Shown here piece after piece: positions 51,204 to 64,000 of a DNA stretch of 64,000 bases. A model generated the notes under the pieces. The model was not told the DNA's origin and ran no database searches. It saw nothing but the letters and a program-made list of their open reading frames with translations. Location: positions 1,302,001-1,366,000 of the forward strand of contig OZ176054.1 of NCBI GenBank assembly GCA_964247055.1. The letters are read 5' to 3'. How positions within the stretch are numbered: position 1 is the first letter of the stretch; the number at the start of each line of letters is the position of its first letter. The position numbers were made by a program, and so were the translations under genes. This DNA comes from Paragordius varius. Its lineage: Eukaryota > Animalia > Nematomorpha.

Positions 51204-52755
51204 TTACTGTAACAATTAAAATGAATTGTCATTTTTACAAAAAATATACTAAAAATTATGTCTCATATCTATAATTATACTTGGCAAGTAAAAAGAGAAG
51301 CAAATAAGCATAGATCTATTATGTTATTATTCTTAAATTGGCTGTATTGCAATGTAAAATATATGAAACCAATCTTTCCAAATATTTCATATCCGTATTT
51401 GATTACGACATTTACGCTCTTTTTTTTAAAATATGAATAATACACATTTAATAAAAATACCATTGCTATTTTTAATGAGCGAAATTTAATTTACCATAAT
51501 ATAGAGGCCAAGCTTATGTTTACAACATTTTCATATTTTATTTGTCGTGTAGTAAATTTGATTTGTACCATCATACCATAAAGTAAACTCTCGTAGCTTT
51601 ATCCTTCCCTTAGTGAAATTTAACGTTACCTTTCAAATTACTTGCATGATGTTAAAATGAAAAATATATAGTTTTTTGAATAGTTATTATTCAAGTTAAT
51701 TGTAGAAATCTTGTTGAATTTTGAAAAAATTTGAAACAATAAAGTAAGAAAAATACTTTTATATAAGGAGTACTAAAGTATAAAAATAGTAAAAACTACG
51801 GTGATAAGCAAATTTAACAATAGGACAATTATGTGTGAGGACCGACTTGAAAAGTTTAAGGACCATTTAAAGTGTTTATAGATAATCTTTAAAAAATGGT
51901 ATATGAACTATTCTTGTAAGAAAACTTAAATTCTCTGATCACGAATGTTTCATATATTAGAAACAATAAATCGGGAAACTCACTACATGTTATGACAGAA
52001 CCAAACAATTACAATAAAGTTATAAAAGAACCTTACAATCTAAAAGCTTAACGGTTATGGAAATGAAGAAACTTAACTATCATCAAAAAATTTAAGTTAC
52101 CAGCTGTAATCATTAGTTAAAGCCGGTTTAGCTAAAAGACAACTAAAAAGGCGTCGATTAATTTGATGACCCCATTTTATTGATCAAACGACAAATACAC
52201 CTGGCTGATTTCGACAAAACTAGCCTCTTTTCTTGGACATCAATTATTATATTGAATTTTGTGTCTGAAATAATAACATTTGCGGCACTCATTGCCATCA
52301 CTAGATAAAGGCTGTAGAAAATTATTGTTTGGATTAGAAGCTAATGTATGCTCTATCGATTAAACATCAAACAAGGATTCAGAATATTGAAATTTATGAT
52401 TTCATGGGAAGGATTGTAGCATACACCAGACAACACTTTTTAAAATTATCCATTTATACCAGTCAATCAAAAAAGCCGGGACGGCCATCAGACATAACAG
52501 TAAATATAGTGTTCGTTCTCACACGGCATTTATCTTTTACCAGAGAAGGAGTCAAATATGTAGATTCCGATACATAATGCACTAAAATAAATAGTTGATT
52601 ACCTTTAATTAAATGTCCAAAACAATTTCCCTTTTTGGATTTATCTTAATCATTTTCCAAATAAAATATAATTTTTCCAACTATATTTTTGATTAAATGA
52701 TCTCAAATTTTCGTTACCCTATTTTAAACTCAACGTATAAAAGAAAATCCTGATG

Positions 52756-52757
<2 letters not shown>

Positions 52758-52787
<30 letters not shown>
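52758..52787. repeat. (AT)n microsatellite
   Basis: About 15 AT units; only a short tatatat is present at the equivalent sites in copies A and B. Confidence 0.9.
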
Positions 52788-52791
<4 letters not shown>

Positions 52792-55679
52792 ACATTATTT
52801 AGAGTCTTGGTAAGAGGCATATAAGTATTTAAGAACAAAAAACTTTTGTGCTAATTTCACCATATCAAAAAATTGTAAATCGTTTATCTTTATTTCACGT
52901 AATCCGTCATTTAGCCTTACAATAAAGCATAATATGTTTAAAAAACGTGCTTCATTCTTAAAAACTATCAATAACATATGTAGCAATTAAAAAGCTAGCT
53001 TGTCTATTGAATTTTATATTTTTATTTGTGAAAAGTGCTAAATTGTTGGAATTTTCTACAGTTGTTATCGCCATGTTTAATAATATAAGCCAAATAAAAA
53101 AGAAAGTTAATTAAAATTCAAAATATTGTATTTTATCGCTTTTAATAATCGTTTTACTATAATCCAGGATTTTTAGCATTCTATTAGATTTATATTTGAT
53201 GATATTTTTTTACATGACAACCATAAAATAACCTTAATAAAGACTAAAAAATTAATCAATAGATCGATGTAAAATACCTCGTGAATTTTATGGAAAAAGT
53301 CACAAAGTCTTTTACGCCTTTTCCAACATACTTGATAATAACAGATAATACGTTTCAAAAAATTTGTTAATATTACTAAACGCGTTAAACATTAATTGAA
53401 AGATTTTATTATATAATGGTTAAATAATTTTACTAAATTTAAGAGCGCGACTACTCCCGTATATTAATGTGGAACCAAACCAAGCAAATAAAACACGTTA
53501 TACGATGATATTTTGAATAAGGGTGTGACTATAAATGGTTTTCAGTCAACTATAATCTAAAACAATTTTTTTAAACTCGCCAAGTTTTTTACCCTCAGGT
53601 AAATTTAGCGTCATGACATTTTGTTTAACAGAGTTTTAAAATTCTAAATGATGAGTAAATAAGTTAATTTAGTCAAGCTTTAAAAATCACTTGCTAAACA
53701 ATGAATTAACACCTTTAACGAGTTAAAATCATTATTGAAATTTGAAATTTCGTCAAGAATCACCCTTAAGTCAATAGGAAATATAAAATATATTTTTGGA
53801 ATATTTTAATTGTTCTTCATTATTTTAATTTTAATGCGCCATCTTTATCTTCAAAAATGTTTTTTTAAATATGTAACAAATGGCGAATATCATTCAAAAG
53901 AGTAGTGAATCTCAATGCATGCTTAAATGTTTTACATCAATAATTAACATTGGATAGGAAATAAACCCATGAATCGCCTGATCGTCAATAAATATATTTA
54001 ACTAATCGTTGTAAATAGCTCAAACTTGTGTACAATGAATGTTTAAAAAAGATAAAACAAAAAAGTTTTTTTAAACCAAAAGCTTTTGAATTATTTTTTA
54101 TTTTTTTATTTAGAAACCATAATTACATTAAAATAATTTGTATATTTTTAAATTATTTTGTTTGTGAATCTTTATGAGTTGAAAATTCTGACCATATAGA
54201 TCCAAACTTTTACATCACATTAATTAAATGACTTACTACCATTCGTAAGATTCAATCTTTTGCACTATCTAAAAAATTTCTAATTTAAAGTTGAATATTT
54301 CAATAAACACTAAGAAAAACCATTTTTTTATAATATTTATGTACTTCAATGTAATAAATTGAAAAATGGCACTTAAAATTCAAAGTTATTGTCTATATTT
54401 ATAGAACTGGCCACTTATTTTATTAGTGTTACAACTTGTTGTTTGAAAATAAATAGAATATTTGATTCTATACCATCATTTTACAATTTTGACCAAGTAA
54501 TGTTAATTTCAATTTTGAAATAACAACTGATCTGATATTGTCATAAAATTATATAAATATTATACCGACGCCCATAAATATGTGTCTTAAAAAGATATCT
54601 GGCTATATGTGATTGTCAAACACCTCAGGTGCAAATGCAACACTTTTGATCATCGTTCAAATTGATGGCGCAAGTAATGTAACTTTAAAATAATAGTTTG
54701 TTTCTCAAAATACTGTAAATATCAAAACCCGATAATATTAACAAATGTATTCAGTAAAGTGTGAAATCCACAACCAGCTCAAGTAATAACTATATTATTA
54801 ATTTTTGAAAAAAATCAAGTTAATATTAAATTATTTTATATAAGAACTAATCTGTCAGAGTAAATTAATCAAGATAGTGATATGAGCAACTTAAAATATA
54901 TATAGTCAATTGAGACCATTATTAAAACTAAATGTACAGAATGGTGGTGGTAGAACTATTGCAAATTCTTATTTGAACTTTGAATTTGAATCGGGGCATC
55001 TAGAGAACCCAGACAAAATTTAAATTGATATTAAACTAAAACTGTTAAATTTACATTTAAGCTTCTATTCTATTTAAAATTTTATATAAATAAGCCAATA
55101 AAGTTTAGATTTAAAATAAGTTTCATTTATTTTAGAACATTATAGTAAAATATCGTGTTTATTTTAGAACATCATAGTAAATATCGTGTATATTTGATTT
55201 TAAAATAACTCTATTTTTTTAAATTCACAAACATTGATCAAAACAGAAAAAATAGTTTTTTCATTACTTTATTTAGTTAATGGACATGTATTGGCTAAAT
55301 TGTTATGCATTCTACAAAATGAGTAATATCCAGTATTTTGTAATTTTTTTTATAATTTGGTGCAGTTATACTAGTACAAACTTTTCCTATGGTTTCGATT
55401 TGTGCCATATTCTTAGAAATATTTAAACAGGCCTGGGATCCCCAAAGACCCAATTTGAGTCGGATCGTCATGGTTGGTTAGTTCATATAATTAAATAATA
55501 TTATTGTTTATTTTAATGTCTTTATGCGCTAAAAGCGATATCTTTATTACGCGATAAAATCGTTACCCTATTGACAGCGCTAATAATTTAGTATTAATGA
55601 TTTCGCTCTTTCCAAATTTTATTAGCTAATTTTGGGAATAATTTATAGTTCAGTCTAACTTCTTAAATACTCGATTATG

Positions 55680-58360
55680 GGGATAATAATAATAATTACA
55701 TTATATGATATAACTCTTTCGATACGTAAGCTATTCCGCCATATAACCCTGTCTATGGCGTAATCGTGTTTTTCAGTTTTGCCATGTCCCTCTTAATTGT
55801 TTCTATACATCGCGTTTTAGGTCGCCCTCTTCCCCTCTTACCTTTCACAATATAATCATCAATCTTTTTACCAATGTAATTATTATCACTTCCGTACCTT
55901 CTATTATGTATACATTTATCACCTTGTCCATCCTCGTTACACCGCACATCAATCTAAGCATTCTTATTTCAGTAACCTCAAAGTGCCTCTGTTCTGATTT
56001 CTTTATTGCCCATGTCTGTGAGTTGTACAACATTGTTGGCTATACAACAGCACTGTAAATCTTACCCGTGACTTTTAGGTTAATATTTTTATCTCACAGT
56101 ACATTTGAGAACTTTTCATAATTTGCCCAACTATTTCGAATTCTTAGATTTATATCATGCGTTAAAAACCATCTGTTGCTAAAATCGCTCCTAATTGCAT
56201 TCCTCCTGACTTTTTAATACACACCCTTTTCTAAATCCATTTCTCGTTTTTTTCCACCCAAATTTATGAGTTCCGTTTTTTTATTTTCTTTTAAACCGCA
56301 TCGTCGTAACACATCAATCCATTTACCCACCAATCCTTTCAATTCATGCAACTCGTCTGACAGCACTATTAGGTCGTATGCATAAAAAATACCAGTCCCC
56401 ACTTCTTTTGAAATTTACTCCATGCATATTATAAGAACGAACTGCTGACCCCTGATAGGCGCCTTGCTTTATTTCAATATGATCTGACACTGTGTTTTAA
56501 TTTTGTGGTGTGACTCGTACCTGCTTTTTAGAGTTTTCATGTAACTTTCAGGAACGTTTTTTCGTCTTAAGCTCGACCATGTTGTATTCCGTGGTATTCT
56601 ATCAAAAGCGTTTTCAATTTCGATTGAAATACCTGCAACTCCTCTTTCTTTTCTATATTCTTCTCAATTAGCCTTCTTACTGCGTGAATCGGATCTATAG
56701 AGGACTTTCCTGGAATTAAACCTAAATGCTTACCGCCTACACCAACCATTTTTCTCATTCATTTCTCTAGTATTTCGCAAATAACTTTATTGTATGCGAC
56801 ATCAATCTTAACCCTCTGTAATTATTAGAATCATTATTATATCTTTTACCCTTGAAAATGGGAACAGTGAAACTCTCCTTCCATTCACTTGGTATCACAC
56901 CTGTAGTAACTACATTATAAAAAATATCCATCTCAAATTCAACACCTTTCTCTGACATTATTTTACAACAGTTTATGTTAATATTGTCTGGACCTGCAGC
57001 CTTATTTATAGGCATCTCTTCGAAACCAACCTAGACTTCGTCTTTTGTTATACTTTATATGCGCAGATATATAAACTGGTGTTCCGGGTAAATTTGTTTC
57101 ACTGACGCCCAATTCAAGGTCCTGGAAATATTCTTTCCACCTCTTCAAAAATTTTCCCTTCCTCAACGAGTATTTTGCCGTTTTTGTCTTTAAAAGCTGT
57201 CGCGTAAGGGGGCAAGTCCAGCTTTCTTCTGTGTCTTTATCGAGCAATTTTATAAACTTTGTTTCTCCTCATATAATGATGGCATCTTTTCTTTTTTAAC
57301 CAATCTTACAAGCCTTTTAAGTTTCTTATTAATCCTTTTATATTTTTTCTTGTCGTCTGCATGGTAGGTAAACCTCCACACTTTAAAAGCCTTACTTTTC
57401 TCTCGCGATTTCAGAATTATTTTTTCGTCTTTCAGATGCCTCTCTATCCTGATTTCTACCACCTTTCATTCACCTTAACTCCCGCCTCTCTATTGCCACC
57501 TGAGACCAAACACTTTCTGGCTCGCTGTTCCTGTCTAGTATGCCTACCGTTTCTACATCTTTATTTACTGTTTCTTAAGGAATCCCATTTAATTACCCTC
57601 GGCGCTATAAGCTTATGTTTTTTAGCATTTCTTATCTGTCATATATTTACACATAATTAAATTATGTTGTGTGCTAATCTGCAAGTTAGGTGTGACTTTG
57701 CAGTCCACAACAAACTTAAAGACTCTCGCGGTACCAGAATATAATCGATATGTGACTTCTTATTTCCACTTTCGTAGGTAATTAAATGGGTATCCCTTTT
57801 AGTAAAAAAGGTATATGTTATAGCAAAGTTATAAGATTGGGCAAATCTTAATAAATTAGCCCCTTTTTCATTTGTAACCTCGTAGCCTTCCATTGAAATC
57901 ACCACAAGATATTATTTCTCTGTCTTTCGTTAATACAGTCTTTCTGGGTCTAACAAATCACAAAATTTATCTTTTTCCGGTTTAGTCAACCCTATCTGGG
58001 AGCATAAACGCTTGGTAAAAACCCTATTATATAACAATAGATCGACACTTATAATTCTACTGTCAGCTCGTCTAACTCAATTACTTGATTGGCAAATCTT
58101 GGACATATTATGGCGACCCCACTGTAACCATCCGTAGAACCTGAATAAAACATTTTATAGTTACCCTCTAACGTCTTAGTGCCGTTTCCACGGTATCTGT
58201 CCTGAATGCACAAAAAATTACTTTTTTTACCCTCATAGATTAAATTATATAACTAACTTTTTAACGAAACAACATATATACTGGCAAAACACACTCTACA
58301 ACATTCCTTATCCATATTGGCCCCTACCTCGGTGCAACGACTAGCCAGATATGTCCTGGA
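55680..58360 (-). mobile_element. Degenerate RTE LINE, copy C
   Basis: Orthologous position in the unit. KAAGPDNI, TYTFFTKRD..ITYESGNKKSHIDYILV; the catalytic YADD is changed to YAYD. Confidence 0.9.
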
Positions 58361-58927
58361 CGCTTTACAAAAAACACCCATAAAAAACAAAAATACAATT
58401 AATAAGAATAGTAAAAATAGATAAAATAAACACTAAAATATATACTGACTAATATTTAAATGTAGCCAAAAAATAAAACCAAAAAATTTAACCAAACTAA
58501 AATAGGTAAATAAATATATCAATAAATAAAAATGAACAATTACTATTAATGATATTTTATTCTCAATATATCCGTAAAATAATTTTATTTTTTTGTTGGA
58601 AAAACCTAAATTAAATTATAATTGACCTCAAAAAATCATGAAGCACAAGGGCCTGAGCGGATTCTAGACATATCATATCTTAGGTTTTATTGTAACAATT
58701 TTTCAATTTGGCGAGTTCATTAGATTTATAAAAGGATGTTAGACGTACCATTTTAAATAATTATTGCATCAACGCTTTTCTGCTCATTCTAAATATGCCT
58801 CAAATAATAAATATAATCTGTGGAGTTATAGTTTATTGTTTATTATGTATATTTAAGCAAATTCCAATCTTTTTAATTTATTGATCAATGATAAAAATTT
58901 AAAATTTCGCAACAAAATTGATTATAC

Positions 58928-60138
58928 CTGGATGGATATTGGTGTGGGATGGTTCTTCATCAACCATCTCAATGCAAATGATGCGCAGGGTTTTTGCAGG
59001 CTCAAAATAATCACCAGCTCCCTCTTGCGGATAAAAAGTACTGTGGTAAACTACATAAAAAAAGAAGATATTTTCTATAATCTACAATTAAGAGGTTTAT
59101 AGTGTCGCTTCATTTATTTAATATCAAACTATTTTACCACAATAGTGAAATGGATAATATCGAATTATTTAAATTATACTTGAGTTAAAAAATATTGTTA
59201 ATAAAAACACCCCAGTTTGTTTTATATTTTATTAATATATATTTTTAATTACCGGATTCATCTATGGATTGTTCTTGTTTTGCATCTAGATATGCGTAAC
59301 GTAAATTAACTTGTAATAAACATCACTTTTTTAACACTATTTGGCTAACCTATATTAAGGCTTTATTAACATATACTTTAAAATGAATAAAAAAATGCGA
59401 TTTAAATGCTGTATTTGGTATTCGGTAAGTATCTTGTAGGCACAAAAACCGCCTATGTCTTTCTATATGAGTGAAAAACATATACCTAATTGATCTCTAA
59501 GTTAGGGCTTTTGAGAAAAGAGACACCATTTATTACAAAGTCTCCTTAATTTTTTAAGAATATTTCTTTATATAATATTTATTAGTTGTGTGTAACTTTG
59601 TACAAGCATATTTAACACAATTAAACAATTATTGTGATGCAAATCTAAATCAAAAATAAAATTTTTAAAAGCTTTTATAAAAATGGTTTTATTTTGACAT
59701 ATTACCCATGTTTACAACTAATTTACATGTTTGAACAGCAAAATTTACTAATACCGTAACAGAAAATGTTTTTTATTTATATATAGGTTTATTACCTGGA
59801 CCGGGATCCCGCTTCTTACTTAACACCTTCTTCAGGCTTCTCGCCCAGCTGCGCCACTCACCATCACTTTCAGCCTCGCCATCTATATAATTAATCAGCA
59901 TTAGGATGAATTAAACTTGCACTCTTAAAAGCAAGCAAGAAATATATAAAGAATCTTACCCGGCGGATCCACTCTCCTCTTCCGGAAGAAATTTTCCATT
60001 TTCTTCCACTGGGGACAACAGGCCTTCCGATTCCTCCTAGAATCACCTGATGCCCCCTCATCACCATCATTCTCCCAATCACTCTTTCCGCTTTTCCTTC
60101 AACATGAAAACTACCACAACAACAACACAGCGTTAAAT
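58928..60138 (-). pseudogene. Internally deleted kinase paralog (exons 1-4 fused to the end of exon 11), left arm of fold-back C
   Basis: Same exon 4/exon 11 fusion as 33966-34090 (58928-59051). Exon 3, exon 4 and intron 1 splice signals are retained here. Confidence 0.85.
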
Positions 60139-62290
60139 GTGATGAGAGGACGTCAGGGGATTCTGGAAGGAATCGTAAAGGCTGCTGTACCAAGTGGAAG
60201 AAAAGGTTGATTTTCTTCCGAAAAAAGCAAGTGGGTGTTGCCCCGGGTAAGACTTTTTAAATTTCTTGCTTGCTTTTAATGCAAGTTTAATTCATCTCAA
60301 TGCTGATTAATTAATGTTTAGATGGCGCGGTTGAGAGTGAGGGAGAGCGTAGGAGTAGCTGGTTGGGAAGCTTGAGAAAAGCGTTCGGTAAGAAGCGGCA
60401 TCTCGGTCAAGGTAATAAACCTATAAAATAAATTAAACATTTTCTGTTGCGGTATTGGTAAATTTTACTGTTCAAACATGTAAATTAGTCTAGTAAACAT
60501 GGGTAATATATAAACAAAACATCACTTTTAAATATCTTTGGTTTTACATCATAACCATAATTTAATTTGATTAAATATGCTTGGACAAAGTTTTCTTACG
60601 CAACTAATAAATAGAATGCTAAGAAATATTCTTAAAAAATCAAGAAAAATTGTTGATAAATGGTTTATTTATCATTTCTCAAAAGTCTAAACTTAGAGAT
60701 TAAATAAGATTTAAATGTTTTTCATTCATAGTAGGAAGAAAACAACGGCGGGTTTGTATCTACATTATTTTTATTTAATGCCAAATAAATCAAATTAATC
60801 TTTTGTTTTGTACATCCCAACGTATCTGTTATAAGATAATTTAGTTAAATTGTATTAAAAAAAGATATTTTGAACTTTGACGCAGTACAAAATTAAATAT
60901 TTTGTCTGCTTTACAAGATCGGTGTGGTATATTACACAGTCACAAAAAAGTATCTTGATGAAATATATATATTCTGATAGGAAAGTATCAGGATTATCAT
61001 GGTTTTGGTTTTAACCATCAAAGAAAGTTATTTACACTTTTGTGATAAGTGCTTGGTATAAAATTGTGCGCAATTTTTTCAAATATATTTTTTGGTGAAG
61101 GTTAAATGCTTTATTTCAAAAGATATAACAAAAAAATTTAACATAAACTACATATATAAAGCAAAAAAATATTTTTAAATTTAAATTTCCAGATGTGGAC
61201 TCTAAAAGTCCCAATTTTTTGCTTCTTTTAAAATGTACAGTTCTTTTAAAAACAAAATTTCGACATTGTGTAATAATTTCAAATAGCTAAATTTTGATAT
61301 CGAATTATATTTTTGCATACTTTAAAAATTTAATATTTAGCAAAATTTGAAGCGTTTTTGACCATGACGGAAACGATACAAACGGTTGAGATGCTATACC
61401 ATTTATATATATAATTCGATAATGCTAAACATCTTTATCGCTCAGAATTTTGATTAAAATTTTTGCTCGTTTTTAAATAAAAATTGTATTTTTTTACAAA
61501 ATTCACCGAAATTTGCAAGCAAACAAACCTTTAAGTTAAAAATTCTCAACCTATAGTAATGTTCACCATCATTAAACTATTTATGCGCTTCAACAAAATA
61601 TCTCAAATTTGTTTATGCAAAAAATAAGAAAACTAATATAAATTAAAGTTTAAGAAAAAAATTAAGGATATCATACCTCCCACCTAATGAGTACAGTCGT
61701 TAAAACTAAAAATTTTTTAAAAAGGCAATTTCATTATCATATCCTATATATAATAAATTTTATGTAATATGTAGGAATAACAATTTTCTATATAATTTTC
61801 CGTTTGATAATTATAACAAAAAAACTTTCTAAACCTGCTCAAACATTTATTAAAATATCATTATTAATTTTGTTAACTCTAAATTTTGAGGCACCTATTT
61901 TTGCGGAAGCCCTGAGAAAAAGAGCCATTAGCCTGAATCTTAAGATGCGAGATTTATAGTTTCGCCCTGCACGATTGCAATTCTAAGAGGTTTGACCGAT
62001 CCAAAACCCAATTTTATGTAACATACGAGTGGAAAATAAAATATTAGCCAATTAAAAATAGGCCAATCTTAGTTCTTTACCGCAAAATGAAACATCTTAC
62101 AAATTATATGGTTATATTTACAGAGAGTACTATACCATGTTTAAAATTTGATATTTAATAAACTATGCGACACCTTTTCTACCACTTCCTTGTAAGATTC
62201 TAAAAAATAATTTCTTTTTTTATTTAGTTTACTACAGTACCTATCCGCAAGAGGAGGGCGGTGGTAATTTTGAGCTTGCAAAAACAAGTA
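58990..62290. repeat. Imperfect long inverted repeat (fold-back C)
   Basis: Inner closure is ccctcatcac (60055-60064) with gtgatgag (60139-). Arms pair 59400-60064 with 60139-60890; exon 4 homologs near 59000 and 62228-62285 pair across the insertion. Confidence 0.85.
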
Positions 62291-62545
62291 GATTATAATT
62301 ATATTGTGATATTTTTTGTTTGGGAATTGTTTTAATATTAAACAATTAAATTTAAATAAATCTTGAATTTTAGAGTATATTTTTAACCTTTATTTAATAG
62401 TAAAAAAGAAATCGGTTAGCATAACTTCATCTCAGTTCGGTTCCGCTAAATCTTGTTGGAACTCATGTAATATATAAAATTACTATATAAATACTTTTTA
62501 CAATTTATTATAAAAATGTCAATATTTTAGCATCCAGTTATCCTT
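60139..62545 (+). pseudogene. Kinase-paralog 5' fragment, right arm of fold-back C (exon 3 deleted)
   Basis: Exon 1 part, exon 2 (from 60322), exon 4 (62228-62285), shortened exon 5, and the same exon 6 breakpoint (catccagttatcc) as 9822-9833. Confidence 0.85.
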
Positions 62546-63489
62546 TTGAAACTCGAGGAAGCCGCCAACAAATAATAATTTAAACGATGTATTGATCAAA
62601 ATCGACCGGAACAAGCCAGAAGACATAAGTGATTTCGCTACATACAATAGCATCTCTAAAACTAGTAAAGGCACCTAATCGCTAGATCTAATTTTCGGAC
62701 CGACTGTTTTTCACAAAAGACAATCAGTTAGAGATTAATGCAAACAATTATGAATAAAATAAATAATTGATTCCCTTTCAAAATTAGGTGTCCAAAACAT
62801 TTATCCTTTTTGGAGTTATCATAAATACAAACTTAATAAAATATAATAAAACTTCCAACTACTAAACTGATTATCAATGAACTAAAATGTTCGTTTTCTT
62901 TGTATTTACAAAATAAAATGCAACAATCCTGATAAAATTAAATATTTAGATATGGGAATTAAGAATTTTTAAGTGTTTTTGGCTTTGGAGCTTATGAGAA
63001 GAGTACACTTTGGTGCTAATTGCTCCATGAAAATCAACATTAAAACTATCAAAAATATATATACTCTTAAAATTTATTTCATGCATTAAATCATGTGACT
63101 GAAAGCGACAAGACATTCAAGGAGAGTAACATTAATTTACATTATTATATGCTATAAATATATTTAAAAATCTGTTTCCTTTTCGTAATTATTAATCTTT
63201 TTTTGTTTTGTAAAGTTTTCTTTTGTATGCTAAATATGTAATTTAAATAGTAATATAATTCATAATTCATCAAAAATCATTGTTTAAATATTATCTTTTT
63301 TTCTCTAGGCTTTGGTGCCTTATTATTTTATTTTTACTAGCGTAGCCATAATTTCTTTATATTTTTCTTTTATGATTGCTATAAAAAGCGAAATATTAAT
63401 ATTTATAATTTATCCAAATTGACAACATTTATAAAACTAATTTTTAATTTTATTTATTATCCTAGATATTTATTTTTTTTGTAAAGAGG

Positions 63490-64000
63490 GTAAGTGAGAG
63501 GGAAGGCAATGGCAAACCACCCTCGTTTATTACTTCCAAAAAATAGTTTTACTATATGCAATTAACGCGACTTTTCAAAGTTGGGTGCTGGAACGTACGT
63601 TCATTAACAGAAACCAAACAGGTTATAATTCAAAGGGAAATGGAAAGATTGAACTTAGATATACTGGGTCTAACGGAAACCAATCAAAAAGGTAGCGCGA
63701 AAGCACAAAACAAAAATTATACATTGTTAAGATCGGGGAGAGATGACCAGAAATCAGAAGGCGTTGCAGTATCAAATAAACAAAATAAATAAAAGTCTCA
63801 TTAGTTATACACCATAACCCAGAATCATAAGTATTAGGGTGGATGCTAAGTTACTGAAATTTACATACATAGTAGTCTGTGCTCCTACGTCAAAGAAGAC
63901 ATAGAGGATTTTGATGCAAAGTTGTAAATAGTTTTTGATGAAACGAAGAAAGGAGATATGATTATCATAGGAGGGCATTGGAACAGCAAAGTTGGTAGAG
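63490..64000 (+). mobile_element. 5' end of the RTE (BovB-like) LINE, orthologous to 10520-13340
   Basis: gggaaggcaatggcaaacc motif and MQLTRLFKVGCWNVRSLTETKQ...LDILGLTET APE start; cut by the window end. Confidence 0.85.

Larger units (their letters stand above)
51850..64000 (+). repeat. Tandem segmental duplication unit, copy C (right end outside the window)
   Basis: Colinear with copies A and B. It is more diverged than the A-B pair to the left of the fold-back, but shares copy A structure to the right of it. Confidence 0.9.

Noticed and set aside
52140-52577. GC-richer block at the start of each unit with a 77-codon ORF in copy C
   Set aside because: The frame is broken by stops or indels in copies A and B and no motif could be assigned. 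It is possibly an old transposase remnant but is unsupported.
58881-59102. 73-aa plus-strand ORF MINDKNLKFRNK... conserved in copies B and C
   Set aside because: It is the antisense shadow of the exon 4/exon 11 fusion on the minus strand.
1-64000. CRISPR arrays, rRNA genes, operons or other prokaryotic/viral systems
   Set aside because: There are no regularly spaced short direct repeats, rRNA-like sequence or long uninterrupted ORFs; the coding sequence is spliceosomal-intron-split and eukaryotic.

Overview
AT-rich, intron-containing animal genomic DNA (short GT-AG introns, RTE LINEs, a hAT DNA transposon; no prokaryotic features; the species cannot be determined from this sequence). The window covers three successive copies of a roughly 25-27 kb tandem segmental unit; the shared block starts near 1, 27440 and 52290. 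Two apparently intact 13-exon genes (21946-26168 and 46532-51203) encode diverged STE20/PAK-like Ser/Thr kinases. Each has an N-terminal Cys cluster, basic-hydrophobic segments and no CRIB domain. Each unit also carries a head-to-head fold-back built from the 5' exons of paralogous kinase copies that have lost the catalytic domain (about 6.2-9.8 kb, 34.0-39.3 kb and 58.9-62.5 kb). The middle fold-back has expanded into six alternating-orientation fragments with several stems, one of them a near-perfect 140 bp. The best candidate for an undescribed system is therefore an amplified, fast-evolving, probably membrane-anchored kinase family interleaved with cognate hairpin-RNA-like loci that could silence it. 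Function is inference only. Other content: degenerate RTE LINEs, an unprocessed ARF6 pseudogene fragment, and a Blackjack-type hAT element with perfect TSDs that contains an inverted copy of its own transposase. All exon models and identity figures were made by hand.
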